Shown here one piece after another: positions 52,909-64,000 of a stretch of 64,000 nt of DNA; position 1 is the stretch's first letter; each line of letters begins with the position of its first letter. The translations under genes were made by a program, and so were the position numbers. The notes beneath the pieces were generated by a model. That model had not been told where the DNA came from, did no database searches, and saw only the letters and a program-made list of their open reading frames with translations. The DNA comes from Eledone cirrhosa (taxonomy: Eukaryota). Where the stretch lies: assembly GCA_964016885.1 (NCBI GenBank), contig OZ024741.1, positions 353,152,001 to 353,216,000 on the forward strand, read 5' to 3'.

Positions 52909-53821
52909 AACATGTGATTGCAAGATCATTGTTTACATCAACGTATCACTCAAGGTTAGCAGTTTGAAATTGTTGTATACATCAGCAACTCCGCTTTAAG
53001 GGGGGCTCTTTTATATTAGTTGTCGGGGTCAGGGATTGAAGTTTAAAAATTAGACAAAAATATATAATTCACGCATCAACATTAAACCAAGAGACTTGGG
53101 GTCCCGTAGAAGCACCTCAGAAAATCCCTCAATGAGTGCATAAAGCTTACAGGCTCCAATACACCTATTAGTCTAGAAGAAAATTAAGAGGCTAATAAAA
53201 TAAGAAAATAAAAATATAAAGTTTCCCTAAAAAATATATAGAGTTCCTATGAAATTTCTTCTAGAGAAAAAAAATTTTTCCCAAAGAAAAAAAACTTCTT
53301 CCCCCGAGATCACGTTTACAAAATTCAGAAAACTGAATTGAAAACTAGGTTGAAAGAAACTAATCAATTAGAGGTTAATTCAGAGAGCCTTCCATAAATC
53401 TCTCAGAAAAGGCCCCTTTACTATTTCCAATAGGAACTTCTTCCGAGAGACCCTTCGAAGAATTAACATTTTAGAGAGCCTTTGAGGATAAATATAAAAA
53501 CGAATTGAGGAAAATTATACATTAAAAGTTAAAAATTAAAAATTACGGTATTTGGGATATCCGAGGAATCTTCAAAGGGCTGCTTCAACAGATACAACTT
53601 AGGCATACTAGGTACAATAATCTAAGCAATTTAAGCAATTTAATTAGGGAGCAATTCAAGGAGTTTATCAAGTTGGGCAAGATTAAAGAAAGTGGTAACT
53701 AAGAAAATACATAAGCAAAAAGACAATAATCATAAAATGTATCCTTAAGAAGGTACAAGGTAGCTTCAGTGATCTAACCCTGTATTATCACAAAAAAACA
53801 TTCTAAAATTATTGATACAGG

Positions 53822-53978
53822 ATTAAAAATTATTACAAAATCATTACAAAATTACCACAAAATCATTACAAAATTATCAAATCATCACAAAATTACCACA
53901 AAATCATTACAAAACTATCAAATTATCATAAAATTATCGCAAAATTATTACAAAATTATCATAAAATTGTTACAAAAA
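53822..53978. repeat. 11-12-bp tandem repeat (CAAAATTATCA-like) inside the family 2 3' region
   Basis: AAAATTACCACAAAATCATTAC-type units. Confidence 0.8.
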
Positions 53979-55284
53979 TATAACAGGATGAACATTACTG
54001 GTGACCGTGTGGGCGCGATATCCATTCTGCCTATGCAGTCCCCTGCACAGCTCCAGGCACGATATCCACTAGGCGTAAGCAGTCATCTGCATAGCTCCAG
54101 GCGCAGCTGGTCTTGTTTAAACGTTCATAGATCACCTGGGGTTCACTATTATCTGCGTGGACTCTCTGGGAGATGTACCTGTGGATCTAATAGCCAGTGG
54201 TTGCCGGATGTGGTCCGTTCGATCCTTTAGTTTCAGGGGTTGAACGCTTTCGCGATAGACGAGCCTGCTGGTTCTAAGTCCAAGGTTTCGCCACGCATGA
54301 TGTATTGGTCCACATGCTATATCGTTAAAAAACCAGTGTGGATTTGACTGGGGTGGTATATTACGAACTCCAAGTCCACACGCGACTGGTCAAAAGCGAA
54401 GGGCTGTCCTCTCTTTGTTTGCTGTATGGGTCGTTCTCAGCCTAGATGGTGGTCGTGTTATCCATATTCCGTCAGCCCTGTATATTCAAGACAGATCAGG
54501 GTATGTATTTGCGGGTATGGTCCTGCGTCTACGTTATCCAGAGGGTCTCGCTTGTGGTATTTTCAAGTTCGCATGTCATCTCCCGGTCAAGACTGCGCAT
54601 GCTTCGGTGAATCTCAAGCATGGAATCTTAGGGTATCATATTACACGGGGTGACCAGCAGAAAATATACATTCTATGCTATCGCGAACGCGCTGGCCTGT
54701 GGCTACGACCGTGTCCGGTCTCGGGTAGTAGCAGACAGCAGGTAGACCAGCTATACACACCCCTGATCAAGGGGCACAACCCCTAACTTATCGAGTGGTC
54801 AGACTTCAAGGGAGTCAACTCTCCAAGCCCATTATGTCGACCGTGGTGAAATACAAAAAAAATTCCTATTAGTAAAGAACTAATCACTGATAATAAAGAA
54901 CCAGCTCAAAAGAAGGGGGGGGGCATCTATTTGGGCGGGGGTTTACTAGGGGAGGGGGTGGGGGTGAGTTGCTATAGGCAGGGAGCGGCCGCCATATTGG
55001 GTGTTTTGTTACTGTTTCCCTAGGCAGTTCTCGAGTTTGTTGACATACATCTCCGACGGCACCCTCTCAGATTAGTCAACGTGGTTCCAGGCCCTCACGA
55101 TGTCCTGCATCGCAGGCATTGTTGCCACCAATCCCAGGTTGGCAATTGGGACACAGGGTCGTCTGTTCCTCACCAGAGTCCCCATCGCCAATCGGGGAGC
55201 CGAGGCATCCACGCGGCCGGGGTTACCACAGAGCACCCTGTACGCCAGCGGGGCCGCCACGTGCAGGACTGGGTGGTGTCATGG

Positions 55285-57237
55285 CTATGTGTCCGGTCTG
55301 AAGAAAAAGAAAGAGCTAAGTATGGTATGGGGGCAGGACGAGAAGATTTCTGATCTCCTGTTGAGCAAGTTGAGCCCTGAGAATACTATGGCATGAGATT
55401 CAGATAGGCACAGGCTACAACACCTGCTCAACGAGCTATATGGAGGAGCCTTAGTAAGGCATCTCCAGCTGAGTGTGTAGCGGGTTTTTGTTTGTTTTAA
55501 GCTATGTATGTGCCCCGCTAACGACGTGGTATTTTTAAGCTTCTCATATTGGAAGCTATGCTGGTGGGCGTTGAACCTCGACTTGAACTCATTAGCGGTT
55601 GATCCTACGTACGTCTTAGTATACGTGCCTGTGGTTACGTTACAAGCATATACCACGTTCCTGATAAGGCAGTGTCCAGCTAGTGGGCATTTGTCCTTCT
55701 TTCTGCAATTACACTCTTTAGTAGGGACATGCCCCTCAATCAGGGGTGCATGTCCCTCCAAGCGGCCGCGGGGCTGCCTAGTGGGACCGGTTCTATTGCC
55801 TAATATCCCCCTGGCTCTTTCACTCAGTGGGTTGGTCCCGTGTTGTCGTGTGTGCTGGCGTGGTTCACTATTTCGGATGGCCTTAAGTCCCTCTTTGATC
55901 TTACTCTTATTGGTCTTAGCTAGGTGTGAGGCCAGATTAGGGGTTGTAGAGTACGATAGCTTGACAGTATTCTTATTGATGACACTACCGTACCTACTAC
56001 CCGGGGGGAAGTTCTTATCTATTAAAGAGAAAAAAGATTTGGGGAGGTCTGTAGTAACATTAGAGTTGAAGGGCGGGTTAAAGAAGGTACTATCACGTCT
56101 TCTATTCCTTCCACTGCATTTCCTATCCCCTATGCAGTTTGCCCTCTCTTCGTCTATATTATTACTGGTTCCACCAGGTGTGGTTGCTGTACACCCAGTG
56201 GTATGTGCGTTGGTCTCAAGTCTCCTAGGCCTCTGTCCCCCGTTTTCACTGTTGGACTTGCTCGGGGCGGCATAGCGCCTACCAGGCGTGCGGGCCCTGT
56301 CCGTGTCTGCGTTGCGAGTGTTGCTGTTCTTATCTAACTTCCTATTGTCCTTATTCGTCTTTCTAGCTCTCCCTCCAACTCCCATGGACATATTGTGCGT
56401 GATTACAGTGCTGGGCTGGGGTGGCGGGGTGGTGCCGCCTGTCTCAACATAATGGAGTTTATCTTTGTGCCCTGACCCAGCTAGCGCCTTATTGTAATAT
56501 TCCGCGTTCGCTTCAAATGCGGTCACGCTGCTAGATAGTCCGCTAATCCTACTAGATACTCCCTTAACTATTGCTTTGAGGACTGAGCCTGGGTGGTTGG
56601 AGCCGGCATTGACGTACGTCAGCCTTTCGTTAGGTTTATGGTACGGTGCATATTCTAACTTATCTAGGTCTAGTGTGGCGTCTAAAAAGTTGACTACCTT
56701 ACTATTTCTATCCATAGTTATTGATAGGTTAACATTCTTGAAGAATTTATAAAGGTCCTTTCTAGTTCTTTCTAGGTTGTGCCGTTTAAAGTCCACAGTA
56801 AGCAATGCGTCGTCACGGTATAGCCCACCTCTGAGGTGTGGGAGCTGCTCGTTGAGCTCCTTGAGCAGGTACAATCCGACGAGGTCTGTCACCTGCGCTG
56901 AGTCGCTAGACCCCATAGTGATGTCGAAATTGTTACGAGTGTTCTTGTGCGTCCACAATTCATCCTCAAATGCGATAATTGTTTTACGAGCGGCAAGGAC
57001 TATGTCAATCTGGGATCTAGCGAGTCCGCCCGTTCGCATTGCCAACATGAGCGCCTTAATCTTGCCCAACTTGATAAACTCCTTGAATTGCTCCCTAATT
57101 AAATTGCTTAAATTGCTTAGATTATTGTACCTAGTATGCCTAAGTTGTATCTGTTGAAGCAGCCCTTTGAAGATTCCTCGGATATCCCAAATACCGTAAT
57201 TTTTAATTTTTAACTTGTAATGTATAATTTTCCTCAA
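55285..57237 (-). CDS. PLE RT (5'-truncated) + GIY-YIG; first ~60 codons are inverted-arm sequence
   Basis: FDITMGS.D.AQ..DLVGLYLL, GLYRDD, VNFLD, YHKP, SNHP, FNPPF, KLSYS, CNC..CPL.G.C, VVY..YVG.T..FK.R..H, CSLC.E, LN.RSE..C.H. Confidence 0.9.
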   Translation of the reverse strand: MRKIIHYKLKIKNYGIWDIRGIFKGLLQQIQLRHTRYNNLSNLSNLIREQFKEFIKLGKIKALMLAMRTGGLARSQIDIVLAARKTIIAFEDELWTHKNTRNNFDITMGSSDSAQVTDLVGLYLLKELNEQLPHLRGGLYRDDALLTVDFKRHNLERTRKDLYKFFKNVNLSITMDRNSKVVNFLDATLDLDKLEYAPYHKPNERLTYVNAGSNHPGSVLKAIVKGVSSRISGLSSSVTAFEANAEYYNKALAGSGHKDKLHYVETGGTTPPPQPSTVITHNMSMGVGGRARKTNKDNRKLDKNSNTRNADTDRARTPGRRYAAPSKSNSENGGQRPRRLETNAHTTGCTATTPGGTSNNIDEERANCIGDRKCSGRNRRRDSTFFNPPFNSNVTTDLPKSFFSLIDKNFPPGSRYGSVINKNTVKLSYSTTPNLASHLAKTNKSKIKEGLKAIRNSEPRQHTRQHGTNPLSERARGILGNRTGPTRQPRGRLEGHAPLIEGHVPTKECNCRKKDKCPLAGHCLIRNVVYACNVTTGTYTKTYVGSTANEFKSRFNAHQHSFQYEKLKNTTSLAGHIHSLKQTKTRYTLSWRCLTKAPPYSSLSRCCSLCLSESHAIVFSGLNLLNRRSEIFSSCPHTILSSFFFFRPDT

Positions 57238-57833
57238 TTCGTTTTTATATTTATCCTCAAAGGCTCTCTAAAATGTTAATTCTTCGAAGGGTCTCTCGGA
57301 AGAAGTTCCTATTGGAAATAGTAAAGGGGCCTTTTCTGAGAGATTTATGGAAGGCTCTCTGAATTAACCTCTAATTGATTAGTTTCTTTCAACCTAGTTT
57401 TCAATTCAGTTTTCTGAATTTTGTAAACGTGATCTCGGGGGATGAAGTTTTTTTTCTTTGGGAAAAAATTTTTTTCTCTAGAAGAAATTTCATAGGAACT
57501 CTATATATTTTTTAGGGAAACTTTATATTTTTATTTTCTTATTTTATTAGCCTCTTAATTTTCTTCTAGACTAATAGGTGTATTGGAGCCTGTAAGCTTT
57601 ATGCACTCATTGAGGGATTTTCTGAGGTGCTTCTACGGGACCCCAAGTCTCTTGGTTTAATGTTGATGCGTGAATTATATATTTTTGTCTAATTTTTAAA
57701 CTTCAATCCCTGACCCCGACAACTAATATAAAAGAGCCCCCCTTAAAGCGGAGTTGCTGATGTATACAACAATTTCAAACTGCTAGCCTTGAGTGATACG
57801 TTGATGTAAACAATGATCTTGCAATCACATGTT

Positions 57834-57886
57834 ATATGCCTTGATAAGTCCCACCATGGGGTCGGACGAAACGGCTGTCGGCAATA
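57834..57886 (+). ncRNA. Hammerhead ribozyme, U3-A8 variant (family 2, inverted arm)
   Basis: Identical motif to 52856-52908 on the opposite strand. Confidence 0.78.
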
Positions 57887-57927
57887 AACTTGTTATAATG
57901 TCATAATAGTTCCTTTGTTCTTTTTCA

Positions 57928-58037
<110 letters not shown>

Positions 58038-58854
58038 GCATGTGCGTGTGTGAATCTGTGTGCGTGTATAGGTATATATATATATATATATGTATACACC
58101 CATGATATATATATGTGTGAGCCTGTGTGCAGAGATATTTGTAGTATGGTACATTAATGTCAATATAGTAAATTGTCTTCTACAAAGATACAAAGCGATG
58201 CCTCTAGAGTTTACAATATCACAAGTCAAGAACAAAGAAACTGTCATTGTATTTACCTGACCTGTGCATACAATCCACCAATGGTATTCAACTCGAAAGT
58301 AAATAGTCGGCCATTGCATGATTTCCAATGTAGTTAGTATCAAACAAGCTTTAAACACTTGATAGTAACTAGATTGGATTGTTGCTCTTCTAAGTTCAAA
58401 TTTCACAAAACTTAACACTGCCTTGCTCTCCCTACATAGCCCAATACCTTTTGTGTTGCAGAATAATACACTCCACTTCCTCCTTACAAGATTGCTCTTT
58501 TACGTTATAAAGAATTTGTTTCGTCAATTTGTCTTAACAGTCTGTACTGAGCAATATAATGTTAACTAGCTTCAGAAATCATGTAAACATGCTTTATAAA
58601 ATATATCATGTTTTCAGAAATTGACTTTAGTAGTATTGGGAAAATGCTCTCGTCCAAACACGAATGACCATTGTGATCATAGTCGATCACTAGATATGCA
58701 TGCATAGTCCCGTAGTTCCCGAGGTAGTCATATGGGTGCCATATTGACATACAGCGTGTCTAAGGCATTTTAAAACCTGGTTGAGCCGCCCATCTCCTCT
58801 ACAGGTCTGAATACAGCTGATTTCTTCCAGACTATAAAGAGTGAGAGAATGGAA

Positions 58855-58950
<96 letters not shown>

Positions 58951-60714
58951 ATCAAGCCCAATACTTAACTGGTACTTTTTTATTTTATCGACCTCAAATG
59001 GATGAAAGATAAAGTTGATCTCGGCAAGATTTGAACTCAGAGAGCAGAGTGCCGAAACGAATACCGCAAAACATTCTATCCAACGTTCTAACGTCTCTGC
59101 CAAATTCGCCGCTAACCACTAGATATAATAGTTGAGAAAATCAAATAAAGTATCCCTCGAGAGGTGAAAATGGTCACAGAGGTGCTGTGGGGTGCAGGTT
59201 TCCTCACAGCTGCACTTGTCCACATATTTTCGTTTCGAGGGTTACTTTCTCGGATTTCCTCAGCTATCATTTATAATGATTTATTAGGACATACACATTT
59301 AAAATGTTCAATGTTGTTTATTTAAATGAGAGATAAATGTTTTTAAAAAATTGTGAAATAGATAGAAATATTTAGATATGTATCAATAACTCAACTCTGA
59401 ATATCCATTCCTAATATTAGTTATATAACCTCATGCATATGATTGGATAATGTGAAAGAGGGCATTATGTCTAGTTTCATTAGTTGATATATTTACATGA
59501 ATGTGACTTAGCATATTAGAATCAGTTGGAAGGATTTGCATATTTACAGGAACTGCTGGAGCAAGTAACTTGTAGCTAGAAGCCATCCTACTTAAAGCCA
59601 CTCAAGAGGAAATTGGAAATATATTAAAATTTCATACATAAGTGAATCAAGCGAATATAACCTACCTAGCAGAACAGTGAGTGCTTATGGCACGGCCTGG
59701 GCTCACGATTTCTTAGTAATCAATATTAGTTGATAGAAATGAAATTACTATGTAGTTTACTGTAGATATTGGACTAACAACTCACGGATGAAGGTTTCTT
59801 ATCTTTATAAACATATATCTTTTCTCAACACACTTGATGTTGTTCCTCAGGAGAGGTTATGAATTACTTATATGGTATGTGTTCAAACCTTCTACTAGTG
59901 TTTAGTAGCATATCTCTTATGTCTCCATTCTCAGCACACTCAATTTTGCCTTCCTCGGTAGAGGTATTAGATTACTTAATCATAGGATGTGTTCAAATCT
60001 TCCACTGGTATTTTGCTGTATTTCTGTAATAGGCAGCTGTGTATTCCATGAGCAGGTTTCCTTTAATATAATTCCTAAGCTAAATCAGTATGACACAATA
60101 TGGCAATGTTGGACCTTCAAATTATGGATATAATCTATCCGACGGGGTTTCACAGTTTCCTCGTTTCCCAAATTCACTCATAAGGTTTCAGTCAGTTTGA
60201 GTGAATGGTAAAGATACTTGCCATAGATGACATACACTGGAATCGAATCTGGGACCTCGTGATTGCGAAGTAAACTTTTTAATCACGCAAGCATAACTGC
60301 ATATTCTATATTGATTCAGTTAACCAAGCTATTGGGATAATGTGGTATTGTAATGTTTTATATATTAGTATAATAAAGGCGTATAGCTTAGTGTTAAGGA
60401 GCTCGGCCCACGGTCGTAAGGCTGTGAGTTCGATTCATGGCAGCGCGGTGTGTCGTTCTGCAAGACACTATATTTCACGTTGCTCCAGTCAACTCAGCAG
60501 GAAAAAAAATGAATTGTACCTGTAATTTAGAGAGCCAAATTTATGTAACTTTTGTAACACTGATTCTACATGAGAACCACGTTACGCGTGCACGTATCTG
60601 TGGAGTACTCAGTCTTTTGTCCGTTAATTTTATGATCTGGCTGTCGTGATGTCAACAGACAACATTGATACACTATCTCTATCGATTTGATAAAACACTA
60701 TAAGCTGGTACTCT

Positions 60715-61070
60715 TTTTCTTGTCGTGTCCGCAAGAATCTCAGTTACAAAGCTTGGCTAGGTGTGGTTTAACTACAGCTGAACACATTGCTGTCCTTTCT
60801 CATTAAACTCTGCCAAGTCCAATGCTGTGCAGGGGTGTTCCAGCAGGGGGTATATCAGGAGGTGCTGCGTAGTCTGGTTCGATGCCGCAATCACACACAA
60901 CGTCCCCATCCTTTAAATATCCCCAATATTGACTTTTGCACGTCCAACACCAGATCTTAGTCTGTTTAGGCAATTCCACACTGTATAGTTTGTATCTGCT
61001 TACCTTTAGCTCCACTTAAGCCGCCTTGAATTCAGGAAAGCTTCCTAAAGAGCGTCATGTCCCTTGGAAC
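60715..61070 (-). pseudogene. Vingi/Ingi-like LINE 3' fragment
   Basis: Minus translation W.CLNRLRSGVGR...WGY...CDCG..QHLL; ends in GGACACGAC(AAG). Confidence 0.55.
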
Positions 61071-62348
61071 ATCAAACATAATTAGTGAAAGAGTCACTCG
61101 CTGGGAAGAAAAACTTAAGCTGGTACTAACCAAGCATATATTTAATATATTATGTAAGATGTTCCCCTAACATGAGCAACATATGTCAGGCATTTCGTCA
61201 AAGTAATTTAAGGTGGATTCATGACTCATCTTTTATCTACTTATACTTACCGAATATACAACATTCTTTTTCTCATCGTATTTCCATTTCCAGGTATAGT
61301 TATAATGGCACAGTTCAGAGAAAACCTATACAACTGTATTCAAAGGGCAGGTATAAAGCCGCAATGTGCTTTGTAAGATTGCGAAAGAGAGAATGTATGA
61401 ATCTTCAAATATTTCCCAAATAAAATTAAAATGAGTTGAAATTGAACCCGTGTCATAGATTTTGCTTGCCAGAAGCTTTTTACCTACTCTGGTATAATTA
61501 CTCACATTTATGTGAGTAATTATACTAGAAAATGTCCATATGTATGTATGTATGTATGTATTATGTATGTATGTATTATGTATGTATGTATGTATGTATG
61601 TATGTATGATTGTAAGTATTATATATATATAGATAGATATGTATATATAGAGAGAGAGCGAGAGAATGAGAGAGAGCGGGAAGAAAGACATTTTCTCAAT
61701 AAACTAGTTAGATGAGTTGATACAACATTTTAAAGAAACCCGCGTCAAGAAAAATACAACACTCTTTTGGAACACATTTAAACTATTGCTCTATAAATAA
61801 ATGTATAGTTACTGCCAAAAAAAAAAAAGAGTGCTGTCCAGTTTTCATTCATTTTCTAATATAACTTTTTTGTATGTTTTTCTTTCAATAATTTAGATGA
61901 AAACATTATACAAGTAGTAGATGTAAAACAACCATTCTTTAAGACGAGGCCAAGTTAAAAAAAAAAAAAAGAGAGTGGAAAGAGGAAAGAAAGACGAGTG
62001 GCCAAGGGGGAATTAATAAGGATTATTACTAATATATATTTTGAAAAGTGTTAAAGGCATCTCATCCCTACCCACCAGCGCAGAACTGAACACATTTATA
62101 AAGATAATAAATGTTGAACAATGTAAAACGAAAGAATAAGAAAAATCAGATCAGATATGTAGAGACTTTTTTGGCTGTGAGGATAAGGAGGAGGAAAAAA
62201 GGAGGAATCAGAAGGAAGAAGAAGACAGTGAAAAAGATAGAGAAAGAAAAAATACAGAGTGAAAAGGAGAGACAACTTTAGGAGTAAAATAAAAATTCAG
62301 ACAAAATTAAGGAACAAAAAAAAAAAATACATGTGGATAGAACCACAG

Positions 62349-62471
<123 letters not shown>

Positions 62472-62496
62472 AATAAAAAAAAATATATATATATAT

Positions 62497-62561
<65 letters not shown>

Positions 62562-63000
62562 CACACATATATATATATATACATTCATACACACATATAT
62601 ATATAGTAATAATAATAGTTATATATATATATATATATAAGGCTAAGTTCGTTATAGTTAGGCGAAGAGAGAATAAGAGAGAGAAAAAAGAGTGAATATA
62701 GATTAATTTTCAATCTTACCAAGTATGGGGATTTCCTTCGTGTGGAACACACGCCTAATATGCCCGTGATAATGAACTGTGAAAAGAAAACAAAAGACAA
62801 CAATATTTAGAAAGTGGAAACAGCCAACAGGTTGAACAAACACAGTTTATTTATGTATATATATATAAGAGATTATTTTCACCCTTTTGGTGTAATACCT
62901 TTATTACAAGTTGGCATTGACTAAAACTAAAATTAGCTCTAGTTATTCCTGCAATGGAGTTTTCTCACTCTTTTGTTTGTGCGTATATATGTATATATAA

Positions 63001-63060
<60 letters not shown>

Positions 63061-63241
63061 GCACACGCACACACACATACACACACACACACACACACAC
63101 ATTCATACACACGTATATATACTTATATGTAAATATATATATAATCGTGTGTATATGTATGTATGTATGTACATATACATAACATATATAATTATATACA
63201 TATATATATACATACATATATACAAATATACATAAATATAT

Positions 63242-63319
<78 letters not shown>

Positions 63320-63430
63320 ATGTATATTTATATATATATATGTTTGTGTGTATGCATATATGTGTATATGTATATATGTGTATATGTATATATGTGTATA
63401 TGCATATATGTGTATATGTATATATATATA

Positions 63431-63574
63431 ACAAAGGAATTGTGGTAAGGAACCAGATGGACCATAACGCACCAGAGTACTCAATACCTAGGGTAGTAGA
63501 GTGGGAAATAGGAAAAAGTATGACCCCGACGGCAGAGTTCAAGCCGTTTCGAGCGTCGGGGTCATACTTTTTCC

Positions 63575-63577
<3 letters not shown>
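63431..63577 (-). mobile_element. Family F hairpin+tail element in (TA)n
   Basis: 24-bp perfect inverted arms 63508-63531 and 63554-63577; spacer reads GCUC-GAAA-CGGC-UU-GAAC on minus (3' half of a hammerhead); arm fragment also at 43973-44003. Confidence 0.75.
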
Positions 63578-63644
<67 letters not shown>

Positions 63645-64000
63645 TATATATGCATGCATGTATGTGTGTATGTGTGTATGTGTGTGTGTGTTTGTATATA
63701 TGCATGCGTGTATGTGTGAATGTGTGTGTGTGATAATGTTCAGCTACATGAAAGGGAAACTATAAAAATAAAGCAAAATATTATATATGAAGTAAAAATA
63801 TAAAATAAAGCTAGTTATACATATATTGAGGTAAATCTCGACAATGGTTTTTACATATATGTCTGTATAAGTCGAGAGTGTTGTATGGTATGTTATAAGA
63901 GTAAGGGTGGGGCCGTGGCCATGTAAAAGTGCACGACATATGTATTACATTTGCAATTTGGCACAAATTCTAAAATAAGTCATATTCAGTCACTTGCTCT

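Noticed and set aside
57056-57237. Apparent N-terminus of the family 2 ORF (likewise 31078-31144 in family 1)
   Set aside because: It lies in the inverted arm and is a chance in-frame fusion; the true N-termini are missing
59225-59270. Minus-strand CUGAGGA..GAAA motif
   Set aside because: Stems I and III do not pair
59550-59676. Possible host exon (TTACAG..GTGAGT)
   Set aside because: Stops in all three frames and no other support

Overview
Repeat-saturated, AT-rich animal (non-prokaryotic) DNA with no recognisable host protein-coding gene. Nearly all ORFs in the track are translations of microsatellites: (GGT)n, (TA)n, (CA)n, (GAT)n, (CATA)n. The microsatellite load and SINE types suggest a cephalopod/octopus-like genome (inference). 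Real coding remnants are all retrotransposons: two young, 5'-truncated Penelope-like elements (PLEs; RT + C-terminal GIY-YIG) at 29.4-34.1 kb and 52.7-57.9 kb, a Tx1/L1-type LINE in (TATC)n, R4/Dong-type RLE elements in (CATA)n, several RTE-type LINEs (one with a 5' inversion), a Vingi-like fragment, tRNA-derived SINEs, a mariner-type MITE and a 5S rRNA-derived copy. The most striking hidden structure is a recurring architecture: (TA)n - inverted 3' end - 3' end plus an unpaired tail - (TA)n. It is shared by both PLEs and by about a dozen short non-coding elements of several families. Associated with it are about 18 type I minimal hammerhead ribozyme (HHR) motifs found by eye, including U3-A8 core variants and variants whose stem II is expanded to 74-134 nt. 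Ribozyme activity and family assignments are inferred from sequence only.
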